Translations under genes and position numbers: made by a program
Assembly: GCA_028023455.1 (NCBI GenBank)
Contig: JAQFVV010000010.1
Span: 7,378,001 to 7,442,000, forward strand
Source: Epiperipatus broadwayi
Taxonomy: Eukaryota; Animalia; Onychophora
Direction of reading: 5' to 3'
DNA: 64,000 bases
Shown: piece by piece, positions 1 to 12,289 of the stretch
How positions within the stretch are numbered: position 1 is the stretch's first letter
Layout: each line of letters starts with the position of its first letter
Notes under the pieces: generated by a model
Databases searched by the model: none
Seen by the model: the letters and a program-made list of their open reading frames with translations, nothing else
What the model was told of the DNA's origin: nothing

Positions 1-720
1 GGATATTCAATTCTTCAGGCATCAGTAAAATAAAATAAAATAAAATAAAAAACAATGATAATAATAATAAAAAAATTACAATAATAATAATAAAACATTA
101 AAAAAGGTTCTTTTTCTTCAATTATATAAAAAAAATAAAACACTAAAGTTGAAAAAAAAAAATTTGCACTATATACAATATAGATGAATAAAATAGACCC
201 CTTTATCCTTATTTTATTATTATTACTTTAATTATTTTTTTTTGAGGAACAATATTAACAGGTCTAGGCCTGAATGAGAAAAAATGTTCCAAGAATAAAA
301 ATATTTATATTGAATTTCTTTTATATATATATATAATAATAGATTAGGTACTAATCAGTATATATATTTTTTCCAAACTACAGTCTTTCACATTTATTCT
401 AGTAAATTCAGCAAGAGTTGATGTTGCTTATGTGCAACCTGTGTGTAAATTCTGGATTTAATACCAGAAAGAAGGGATTATTTTTCCCTCTCAGGAAATG
501 TTACTGGCATAAGCACTGTCAGTGTTGTTTAATGTTCCTCCAATATTTTCAATTAAAAAAAAAATACTTAAAAAAAAAAAAATGTATGGAGGAAACAAGA
601 AAACTCAGCTATTTGGCAGTGCTGCATGGTTCACAGTTCCAAAGGCTAAGACAAGCACAAGGACAAATGTCCTTGGCTTGTACATAATGTACCAACTGCC
701 CAAGTAAGTTCTAATTTTTG

Positions 721-1611
721 TTAAGAAGCTTTGTGCCTTCCTCCACATATTCCACAGGCCACTCCACATTTATGACAAGCTCTAAATGGGAGATAGCACC
801 ACAAACAAGGAACCAAAAATGATAGGATGGTTAAACCTACCCACCTTTTACAACAAGTTTCATCTGAAGGATCACATGAACAAGGGTGAGCGTAGTCTCC
901 TTCTGAATCAGACATACAATGATATAGCATACAACTCGCACAAAACATGCAGCTGGCTTTATCTATGCACTGACGAACCTTATCAGGAGCATATTCACAC
1001 ACACCACGCTCATTTTCATCATGGCTAAACATTTCATGGCAGTACCGACAGCGAGACCTTTCGCTCAATAAATGCTTGTGTTTATCACGTTTTCTATCTT
1101 TTTTTTTACTTTTAGTTGGTAAAAGGGGTGGTGGCTGCCTTGCAATAGCTTCGAAATTGTGTTTTTTAAGACCACTAATGGAGTCTCTCTTTTCTGATTT
1201 TAAATCCAAATTTGGGTAAGAATATTCATGTGTGAGAGGACGATCCTTAGCAAATTGTACATATGAATAAGAATCTGACTGAATAATTTCTATTTTATCA
1301 TTATCAACTGATCCTTGTTCTTTCTTTTCTTCATGTTTGACCCATACGTCTTCATTGGGAACCGACTTCTGATCACCATTGCTGTTATGGCTGCTTCCAT
1401 TGCTCCCATTGTTATTGGAACCGTTACCGTGAGATTTGGGTGGGCGAGGAATAAAATGCATTCGATGAAGATGGTGATGATTAGCATGAGGATGAGTGTA
1501 TGATGATGAATAAGGCTCTACTGAGAGACTGGGAGTACTAGAAGGTGGTCGAGCGCTGCTGGAACTAGATGAGGAACCAGAATTTTCTCGTTCCAAAGGA
1601 AGCTCCAAAGT
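721..1611 (-). CDS. Spred: Terminal coding exon of Spred (Sprouty-related EVH1-domain protein): Ser/His/Asn-rich linker plus C-terminal SPR (Sprouty) cysteine-rich domain
   Basis: Translation ends ERSRCRYCHEMFSHDENERGVCEYAPDKVRQCIDKASCMFCASCMLYHCMSDSEGDYAHPCSCDPSDETCCKRWVGLTILSFLVPCLWCYLPFRACHKCGVACGICGGRHKAS*, matching the Spred-type SPR domain. Acceptor on minus strand ...ttcttttctctttttAG|ACT TTG GAG (AG at 1612-1613), phase 0. Stop TAA at 721-723. Confidence 0.95.
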   Translation of the reverse strand, partial: TLELPLERENSGSSSSSSSARPPSSTPSLSVEPYSSSYTHPHANHHHLHRMHFIPRPPKSHGNGSNNNGSNGSSHNSNGDQKSVPNEDVWVKHEEKKEQGSVDNDKIEIIQSDSYSYVQFAKDRPLTHEYSYPNLDLKSEKRDSISGLKKHNFEAIARQPPPLLPTKSKKKDRKRDKHKHLLSERSRCRYCHEMFSHDENERGVCEYAPDKVRQCIDKASCMFCASCMLYHCMSDSEGDYAHPCSCDPSDETCCKRWVGLTILSFLVPCLWCYLPFRACHKCGVACGICGGRHKAS

Positions 1612-3299
1612 CTAAAAAGAGAAAAGAATCAATTAAAATATAAAAAAGAAAATTATATATATATAAAGTAATATTTACAAACAAGCACACATGAATGAAA
1701 CTGAGAATCATGCAGTTATTCAGCCATAACATAATTGCATAATACTGTTTGAAGCGAGAATTTACAACATCAGTGATTGTTTGTGTTGTATATCAATCAA
1801 TAATATAATTAAAAAAACATACAGGATTGAATATAAGACAATTTATTAAAACCACTATTAAAGAAACTAAACAACCAAGTAAACAAGGAAAAAGACATAA
1901 TTAGAAATTAAAGCTATATAAAAAATCAACTTCTGGTAGTAAAAAGTCAACAAACAACATAAGATGAGCACAAATATTTAACTGTCATAGTTTAAAATGA
2001 TCAATTAAAAGAAACTAGATAAAAATTATATAAAACTACATGATAGTTCATAAGTTTATCATGGCTTAAATGTATATATTTTTTGCAGACCACAGTATAT
2101 TATTATTTGATAAATTATATTAGTGCTAAAATAGACCACAGTATATCTGAGAAAAAATGAAACAAAAACAAATTAATTGTACTCATAGAAAATATAAATC
2201 TAAGAAAAACAAAGATCAATGCAGCTGATAGTATGGTGTGATTAGTTGAAGAATGTATCATTGGAGAATTCTATTTAAATATACACAAAAAATATTTTTT
2301 AATTCAATGAAGAATTTCTAACATAGATCATAAAGATGACATTTGATCGCAGAAATATTCAGCATGAAAGTTGAATTCATGTTATTAGATTTTTATCTTT
2401 GGTGCTACTTGAAAGTATAATTATACAAAAAAATATATTGAATATTTGCTCTAGTTTATTATTAAGGCATATAATGCCACTATTCCCAGCATCATGTCAC
2501 TGGATAAATGTCTAAATTTGTATACAGTATAAGCGAAAACTGAAAAAGTTATGTAAATAAAAGTTTTTAAGGAAAAAAAAAATTGAAAAATTATGAACAA
2601 CTCTGAAGCTAATTAAAAAAAAAAATAGGCAGGCCGGGGCTGAATTTAAAAGTGGTTATAATATAATTCAAAAAATAAAGTAAGTCTTAGAAAAAACTAA
2701 AGAGTTGTGATTTTGTAGTGGATTTGTAAATTATGAAAAGGTATATGATTCTATAAGTATTACTTCTGTGATTAAAGCTTTGAACATTATGGCTGGACCT
2801 AGGATAATGTCAAATTCTGAAGAACATGTACTGAAATGCAGAATCAATTAGATTATAAGATAAAACTTCAGAGCTGCAAAAAATATTATAAGAATTAATA
2901 TTTTGTAATAACGATATTTTACTTATAAAGATATGTTAGACTGTTTTTAACATGTAAAATTAACTGTTATATGTCTCTAGAAAAACTCAAACTTTATTTA
3001 TGCTTTTTCAAATACATTCATGTCTTAATAAGAACAAACAGATTAGTGGACAACACAATTTTTCTAATGTAATTATTTCTGTCTCTTCTTCAGGTATAGT
3101 GGGCTTGACTAGTGACAATATTAGTATGGGAACTAAATCAGTGACCTTTAGATTTGTGAATACAAGTTAGTGTCATGTGAAAAGATTTTTTTCTCTCTCT
3201 GTCCAATATTCTATTATTTTCTTAGTCAAATATATGTTCATTACTATGTATATGATCTGCTGCTACAGATACATCTGTTTTTTCTCCAATCATTTACTT

Positions 3300-4430
3300 T
3301 ACATTCTTTAAATAATTTTTCACTAGGGTGATTAGTTTCATAAGTGAATGTGGAACAATATACAGTGAAATCATGTGCCTAAAATAGCAGACCATGTACA
3401 TATCAATGAATATCTGTTGTTCTATTAGGAGAACTTAAGAATATTGGATAAAAATAAAAAGTAAATTTAAAGAAGTTGCTTATGAGATAATGGCAAATAA
3501 TCTTTAAGTCAATCTAATACGATAAACCATAACATTTAGAAACCATTAATATTGCATTTAAAAGGGGAGGGAGGATTGAAGAAAATGAGGATTATCATAG
3601 ATAAATATATAATTTTTCCACTGATTGTTATCTTTGACAGAATATCCTAGAGGATTGCAGCATCACCTTAAAATTCAATATTCATGAAACTAAAGATTAA
3701 CAGTTTGATTCTCATGTCAGTACTGACTCTGATCAGGCTAGCAACACCTGATGGAAAGAGAAGAATATTATTCAAAACTAACTTGTGGGTATTATCTCTA
3801 ATAGCTGAATGCATTTGGAAGTTTAAAAAAAACTGAATTTTTCTAAAAAATGTTAATGAACTAGATAATGGAAATAGTTCACCATATAATTATGAAATAA
3901 AAAGACAAATCATCAATGTTTTCTTCAAAAAAAGAAGAAAATAGAAACTGAAACTAACAAATTAGAAATTAGCATTATGTAAATCAGAGTAGTAGTAGTA
4001 TATATGATTGGAAATATAATAGATAAAATTAAAGTTAGATGGAATAGTTTTTGTTAATATAACTTTAATATCAGTATTTATTTATGAACAATCACTAGAA
4101 GCACAACATATAGAAGTCATATTATTCTGGGAAGTATGTTGGAGTTAACAAGAAGAGATTAAAAGAGATTTATATGAATGAGAGAACAACAAATATCACT
4201 GACAAGCTGAAAACATAAAAAAGCTTAAATGGAATTGACTCTATTTCTAGGTGGGATGGCAACAAATGCACATATAGTTTGAAACTCCATTCCAAGAGGT
4301 TATAAGATGTTTAGAAATAAACCATAAATAGATAAGAAATTGTTTACTGGTCGAATGTGGAGAAACTAGAAGCGGTACTTGGAATAATTGTGCCTGTAAT
4401 AGAATCATAATAATTAGAAATGGTTATCAA
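3300..4430 (+). mobile_element. Highly degraded non-LTR retrotransposon-like fragment (clade uncertain)
   Basis: Purine-rich, coding-like composition with short patches that resemble the RT C-terminus. No intact motif; boundaries approximate. Confidence 0.3.
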
Positions 4431-4868
4431 AAATTTGATATTATTGTATTATTAAAAATTTGAATTATAAAAAAATTTCACACCTCTCCATACCCCCCTA
4501 CCCTCAATAAAAATAAATGACTATACACAATTTAGTATGGGAGTGAATAGAAGCACTCAAAAAGGGAAAGGTTCATGAAAAAAACAAATTAAACATTTCT
4601 GGTGCTCAAACATCACATGAACCTTTGCGTGATTAGTTATTTGATTATTTCACTTATAAGGTTATTATTATTAATAACAGTAATCTCATAATAATAAGAG
4701 GGTGTTTAGTGTTTGGAGAAGCTCCAAATTGTGCTAGTAAATCCAATGAAATATTGACAATCTACAGATACAAATCAATGAAGTAAATTTTCCACAAATT
4801 ATATGTAGAAATTTTTTTTAAATTTGATTTAAAAAAAATCTAATAATCTCTTAGCATTATATATAAAT

Positions 4869-7800
4869 ATGGATAAGGAAAATCAGCAACCAGCCAAAAT
4901 ATCTTCAAAAAATAAATTAAAACTTTGGCTCAATCCGCGCGCGCTAATTTTAGTTAACCCAAATAAAAAAAATCATATCACAGACTTACTTAAAAATATT
5001 ACCTTGATTATTCTATAGCAGATTTTGTTAAGCTAATGGAGCCATTCGGAGAGGTTACAAATTTTCAACTTATCTATATTAAAGCACACACGTTCTGATA
5101 CTCATTAACAGCTATAAATTTAAAATAAAATTACAAGAAAATATAAATCCTCCCCACACAAATAACAGATCAAGAAGCAACATTATTTTTAATAATAAAT
5201 GGATTAAAACTTCAGTGCTATCAATGCAAAGAGTGTAATCACCTTATCAGCAACTGCTCTAAGCTATACTGCACTCAATGTAACATAAGAGCAATTCACA
5301 CCCATCAATATCCATATGGAATAAAGACTAGCCTACAATAAGTAAAATTGCAAAATAAAAAATATTTAGGACAACAAAAGCAGAAAATAAAAAATTCAGC
5401 ATAAACCATAGTGAAAAAATAGATCCACAATCAATCACATCTAATATGAGTAAAAATAAAGAGATTTAATGAGAATTTAAAGCAATATCATCCTACTGTT
5501 ATAACATCTACAACAACTCTTCTAAAACAAAACATCACCAAACATAATGGATATTCTCACTATCTGTCCAACAGAAGTAATATAAACGCTCCTCTCAATT
5601 AAAGAGAAAACCAGGTCACCCTTAAGGGAAAAATTGGTAAAAAAAAGCAAAGGATCAGGTAATGGATGACAGTGACAAAAAAAAATACTCCCCATATTGT
5701 TTGAATTAATGAAAAAAGTAAAAACCGTGAACAATTCTAAAAATTCTGATTCCTCATTGTTATCATCAGATGACGAAAAGTCCTATAAAAGAGGTAAGTT
5801 GTACCAAATATAATTTAACATAAAAAAACCCCAAAACAATAAAGCAAATGAGATCAGGCGATACAAAACCGAAACAATAATCTATTATCTTTTCTATTTA
5901 TCTTTAATCATATTATGTAGTGATATAACATCTAACATAATACACTTAAAAAAAGTTTTTCTTGAAAGTCATAGATAATAAATTCAATAATGCTAGCAAA
6001 TTTTCTACATATATAAAATAAACATATACTAAATGTAACTTAATACAGGCACCTTTAATGTCAGAGGGTTAAACTCCCTTGAAAAAATTAAATTTCTATT
6101 TAAATGGTATGATATTGTCCAATCTCACATAAATGGCATTATAAAAACCAAAATTTACAATGGATCACAAATTAACCCATCAGACAAATTAAATAAAAAG
6201 GATTCACAGTCTTTTCAAAAACATCACACACCATTAGCAGGAATCATCATGGATAAAAATTCCCTTTTAACTCATTTAAAGTATTATATATTGATGTACA
6301 TATTCTAATTATTACCCCTTACTACAAAGCAATAATACTAAACATAGCACTTGTATACAACCCTTCAGGCCACTTCATCATAAATAGATTAATTCTAATT
6401 CTGAACCCAAAGTTGCGAACACCTTGCTTCCAATATTACTCAAAGGAGATTCCAAATGTCATACAAAAACTTCACCAATAAATGGCTTCAACTTCATTCC
6501 TAATGATGAATGGAGAAGGGATTTCTGCCAAAAAGGTCTGTATCTTTTAATAATGGTAGACACTCATCGATTCATATTATTACACAACACAAACTTTTTT
6601 TCTAAAAAACACCCCTCTATCTGAACATGCAGCTGTTATAGTATCTCTGGATTTTAATTTCAGTGTCAGATCAACAATCATTACTGGAAGAACCATCTGA
6701 CTTCTCCTTCCATCACACACTCCTGAATTTCTCAGAAATATATATTCATTTGCATAAAATAAGATATGCCAATGAAGCCTGTCTAAATCTGACATGCATT
6801 TATCATTCAGTATTAACAATCAAACTAGGACCATACTATCCCCAACAAAACTTTACAAAAATCATTTTAATATCACAATCAAACCACAATCTTCACAGAT
6901 TTCTAAAAGAAAACACACCAAACTATTTCAGAACAACTTAAAGAATACATAGCAACAACAACAAAAAGTATTCTTAAATGAACCTCATATCTTAACCAGA
7001 AATTATGTCAGATGGGCATTAGGTCACTATTTGAGAACTATCTATCATTAAAATACAATCAGATACTATTTATGGAGATTTTGTGCTGGAATAAATATTC
7101 ACACATTTTAAAGTCAGGCTACAAAAAAATCCTCCCCTCAAACTATCACAACTTTCACACAGCAAACCAAAAGAAAATTCAAATTACTTTCAATGAGTTT
7201 GTACAAAAAATAGAGTCAATGCCAGATTCATGCTACCCTAAAATAGATAAATTACCTAAGTTCTTATATGCACATCTTAATAAATTTACAGCTCAATACA
7301 TGTCTAACCTCACAAAATTTCTATCTAAAGCTATATATAGAATACCAGGACTCTATCAAATATCTTTTGTACCATTTATGAGAGCAAAAAAAAAAAGGTT
7401 TACCACTAACAAACTTATATCTAATTTTAATGTCTCATCTTAACATCAAAATAATAAAATCAATAATCAAAGACAAAATAAAGTCCTATATTATACTAAG
7501 ATTATCAAAAATGCAATTTGCAAAAAAAAAAAAAAAAATCATCAATTGAGCAGGCAATATTTCTATTCAAAACAACTACAGAAACAGCAAGAAACAACAA
7601 AAAATACAGTCCAATTGTTATTCAGCCAGATATAAAGGGTTAGCCTTTGACATGATATCAATAAATATTTTTAAAATTCTAGAACAAAATAAAGTACCAA
7701 GACTTACCTATATCCACTTCCTACATAAAATATATATTACTCAAAATGGCAAAATCTCATTCCCAATTATACAACAATCCATCCTGCAAGGATCCCCTCT

Positions 7801-8303
7801 TAGTGCCTTGCTATTCACTGCTCACACAAACTCCCTAAACATCAACATCTTATGTATAACTTACATGAATAATCTCTCAATCTTTTTGCTATCCAAAATA
7901 CACATTCCCAAAATTCTAAAAATTCTTTCAGATTATACAAACAAATATAAGATAACATTCGACATGGAAAAATCCTGTGCCAGGCACATTTACACAAATC
8001 ATTTTAAAGGCAAACCTAATCTATTCCTTGGATTCCCATGTGATTATTTATACAAAATAGACTTAAAAATAAAATAGAAATTATAGTAAATTCATTAACA
8101 AATCATACTTATCACTTTATGCTATCATATTTTTTAACATGCTCATCATGACAAAAAAAAACATGTATTACTCTCCAATAATACCTTACACCTAAGATTT
8201 TCTAATCAAATAGACTCACTTTGCAGGAAACTAGTGGGGGAAAAAGGTAATCTCAATATCCATAAAACACCTCAAAAATTCACTCTCACAAAATGGTCTA
8301 GGA
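4869..8303 (+). mobile_element. Degraded L1/Tx1-like LINE, 5' part (ORF1 remnant, AP endonuclease, RT)
   Basis: Endonuclease start GTFNVRGLNS (~6045-6075), a GDSKC motif (GDFN-like), RT motif QGSPLSALLF and a YADD-like YMNN (ORF 7652-8077). Many stops and frameshifts. Confidence 0.75.
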
Positions 8304-11300
8304 CAGTGATGACGAACCTATGGCATGTGAACTATTTATATATCATAATTTTCTTCAATGTTTTTTTTGTTGCTAAAATCTGTACTAATAAAAATTTACT
8401 GTAAACTAAAGGTAAAATACATAAACATAATATTAGAATTCAATTTACAAATGAATTCTGATTAGAAGCAATAAATTATGATATTGTATGTCAAATAAAG
8501 TGAAATATACCTGGGTCTCGTTTTATGTGGATTATTTTAATGCGATTTTGAAGTTATGTGATTCATGTTTCTTCTTAATATCTTTCATATTTCACTATAT
8601 TTATTAGATATTAAAAAATTTAAATTACACCTGGGTCTCGTTTTACGCGATAGATAGGTTCCTCAGAAAACACGCGCCAACGAAATCGCGCAAAAATAGA
8701 CGTAACTTACATTGAAAAAGAGGGGATGCAGTCTTTGATTTTTCAAAATTCGTGTAAAAGCAAAGCACCAACATAAAATTACTTTAAAATTCGCGCAAAA
8801 AAAAAAAAAAAAAAGGAAATAAAATATGACTAATAAAAAATTTCAAATTTGTACAAACTTTTTTTAACTATAATATTTAATTTTATTCAAAATAATATAT
8901 TTTTATGCATAATTTACAGTACAGTAATTTACATTTTTTTATACACGTTTTAATTATTATCGCTATTTGCCAAAAAACAACTAGCGCCAAGTTCACTCTC
9001 ATGTTGTGTTAATGGTTTTCTGTTGACAACATAATTAGTAATTAATCTTTGAAATGATGAATTTATTAATTGTTTATGAACTTAGACTTATGATAATAAA
9101 ATGACATTTATTCACCACTGCTGGGATAATAATAGATTTATATATAAAAATATCGCAATAAATATTCAAAAATTTTAAACTTTTAATCGTATTTTGTTAG
9201 ATATAACAGAAATAAAAAATTTTTTTAGATTGTTAAAATAAATAACAAAGACTTTATTGATTTTTTAAACTGAAAATAATCTTTCTAATGATAATGTATA
9301 ATCATTTTGTTTTGATTGCTATCTCATTTTTTTAATATAAAAACAGAAAACCATTAACAAAGCACAAGACTAAAAGTGGCGCTAGTTGTACACACATCAC
9401 GAATCTTATTCACAAACGAACGCATATTCTCAAATAGCGGTAATGATTAAAATATGTATGAAAAAATGTAAAATCAAATACTGTAGTTAATAAAAAAAAA
9501 GTTTCTTGTATTAATTTTTTTCTAATATTTGAAATTTTTTTTATTAGTCATACTTTATTTCCTTATTTTTTTAATGCAAATTTTAAAGTAATTTTTCCTT
9601 GTTGCTTTGCTTTTACGCAATTTCTCAAAATTACTGGAACATATCCCCCATTTTTCAAGATAAGTTAAGTCTATTTTTGTGCGCGTTTTCTAAGGAACCT
9701 ATCTACCACATAAAACGAGACCCAGGTGTACCGTGTCATATTCTATAAATTTGTCAAATGATGTCAATAAAACTAGAAAGTAAACTCAATAAAATATTTT
9801 CTAACCCTTTGAAGTAAATTTTTTCAAATCTAAAGTAAAAGTAATCAAATGGTTTACTGTCCTAATTTTTGAACTAAACGTGTTGCTGTCATTCATTTTT
9901 TTAATGTAATCAAAATCTCGAACAAAGGAACGAAATGAGTAATCAATGCCATCAAATGATTTTTTTTTTTTTGCTTGAAGTTTTGCCATAAAAGTGAAAT
10001 GATAAATCTTTGATTTATAAAATTATTAAAGCTCATTTAAATTTACTTTTAAATAAATTTGTTACCATTTTATTAATATGACTAGTGAAAATAAAAAACA
10101 AAAATGATCAAGCAGAGAATTACAAAATTGATGGACTGATGAGTATGGAGTGATTAACAAAGGCATCAGGGTAATATGTGTTTTATATTCTTCATAAATC
10201 TCTCTGTGAAAAAAGTGAAGATGAAGAAAAAGAATATATGGCCAAAACATTTAAAAATATAAATATTCAATCAACATTTATAATGAAATTTATCGAAAAT
10301 CATTCATATATAACTGCTGTTGGTTTTTTTTATTTCAAATGTAATTGCCAAACATGGGAAACCTTTTTATGTAGGACAATATATAAAAGAAGCTTGGATG
10401 AAATGTGCACCAGTTCTTTTTAAAGATTTTGAAAACAAAGCAAAAATTACTCAGAGCATAAAAGATTTATCATTGGCTAACAATATAACTTACCAGCAAA
10501 AAAGAGATAAAAAATCTTCTAGTTTAATTTCTCTGTGCCTTGATAAAAGTACAGACATAAATGGATCAGCTCGTTTGGCTATTTTTATTGCTATTATGTT
10601 GGGAATAATATCAAAGAATTGATCAGTTTAATCTCATTAGTAACATTAACAAAAGGAATAGATATTTGCAACATAGATGTTGTCAAAATTGTATCAGTAA
10701 CTACAAATAGAGAATATGACTGAAAAAGAAAATAGTTTTCTCAATTTATTTACCAACAGTATTGTACATTCAATTTTGGGTTTTCATTGAATTATACATC
10801 AGCCAGTTTTATGCATGAAGACCAGGTTTAAGCCACTGGATGATGTTATAAACATTGTGATTAAGTTAATCAATGTTATATCTATGCATTGAGTGATGTA
10901 AACTCAGTATACTATGGTTTACTTATGAACAACAATGTCTGATGGTTAAGTAGAGGAAAAGTTCTTCAATGATTCATTGAAAAATATAATGAATTAATGT
11001 ATGTTGAATGGCTTTCAAAATTAATGTTTTTTTACTGATATATGTTCACATCTAAATGAATTAAATGTGAATCTGCAAGGTTATAATAATTGTTGTTATG
11101 TTTGATTTGATCAAAGCTTTTGAAGTTAAATTACAAATTTTCAATGGTGGTATTATTTCTTACACCAAATATTTTCCACATCTAAAAAACTTCTTGACTG
11201 ATTTAGAATCTCATGAGCAACCAGATCAAGTAAAATTGGTGAAGACTTTTGTGCTGTTATTCAATCATTAATTGATAAATTTTCTCTAAAATTTACACAG

Positions 11301-11790
11301 TTCAGACAATATTCAGAAATATCAAAATTTATTTTATACTCAGATATAATATCAATGGATAGTTTCAAGTTAGAAATTTTTGAGTGGCTTAATTTGAAAG
11401 ATATGGAAATGCAATCAGTCAATTTTCAATCCAGTTCTATATGGAAACAGAAATTTGTTGATTTGAGGAATGAGTTAGAAACAATGAAAAATGATCGATT
11501 ATTGGATATATGTAAAAGGAATGTTGAAGAGGAACTAGTGATTGCCTGGAATGCTATTCCTGAAACATTTAATTGTTTAAAAAAATTAGCGATCACTATA
11601 TTATCAATTTTTTCTTCTACTTAGGCATGTGAATCATTGTTTTCAGAAATGAATTTAATTAAAGACAGTTCGAGAAATAGAATGACAGATGAATCTAGTT
11701 TGGCATATACATTATTAAAAATGACAAAATATGAACCAGATATAAAATATTTGACATCCAATGTACAACAGCAAAAATCTCATTGAATAA
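8304..11790 (+). mobile_element. Buster/SPIN-like hAT transposon relic (left TIR plus pseudogenised transposase; right TIR not found)
   Basis: Left TIR CAGTGATGACGAACCTATGGCA at 8304, preceded by GTCTAGGA. Transposase remnants 10100-11787 include IAKHGKPF, LCLDKSTDING and the C-terminal ST*ACESLFSEMNLIKDSSRNRMTDES...YEPDIKYLTSNVQQQKSH*. Confidence 0.8.
8508..9728. mobile_element. pogo/Tigger-like non-autonomous element (TA TSD) with ~400-bp imperfect inverted arms and an extra terminal stub
   Basis: TA|CACCTGGGTCTCGTTTTA at 8628 and TAAAACGAGACCCAGGTG|TA ending at 9728. A third terminus starts at 8508. The arms align as inverted repeats and match the 57131-58653 element. Confidence 0.75.
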
Positions 11791-12064
11791 TATCTATTTA
11801 CATTGATTTTATATGTTTATTTCCAAAATTTTGTTTTAATTACTATTACATTTTATTCAACTTGTGTTCTTCTAAATAAATATCATTCACTTGTATTTAG
11901 CTTATTTAGAAATTTTGTTTAATTATTATTGTTATTATTATTTTGTTTTATAAACTTACCCATATGACTATATAAGCTATTGAGCTTAGATTGAAAATAT
12001 TTTTTGTGTTTTCAATTTCATTCTTATAGTTTTGTAGTTAAGTAGAGATAAAAGGTGGTTGCTA

Positions 12065-12274
12065 GAGGGTTGCATTAGATCCTATGATCTAGATGCAGTG
12101 CTCTCAGATCCAAAGCTCCTCACTGACAAAGGCCACAAGCCAGAAACTAGTCTGGGGATATTAGATGAGTAGGCATTAGATAGGGATTTTATGCACAAGC
12201 CTTCTGGCATCCATTGATTACTCTGTTTAGCACAGGTGGCAATACTGTATGGAGAGTTTTGCTCTGTTTAACAG
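12065..12274 (+). mobile_element. HHR-bearing family A, copy 1 (single arm, no inverted partner)
   Basis: Near-identical to the arms at 18.7, 22.4 and 40.8 kb. It contains the internal hairpin followed by the HHR motif. Confidence 0.8.
12117..12158 (+). ncRNA. Type I hammerhead-like motif with a G8-to-A core change
   Basis: tcctca CTGACAA A GGC CACAA GCC A GAAA CTAG TC tgggga: stem I 6 bp, stem II 3 bp, palindromic stem III ACTAGT. Confidence 0.5.
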
Positions 12275-12289
12275 CCTGTAAAATTACTC

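Noticed and set aside
418-1503. Short ORFs at 418-687, 522-707, 786-1028, 1290-1487 and 1315-1503
   Set aside because: They are antisense or alternative-frame shadows of the Spred exon and its 3' UTR, with no recognisable domain.
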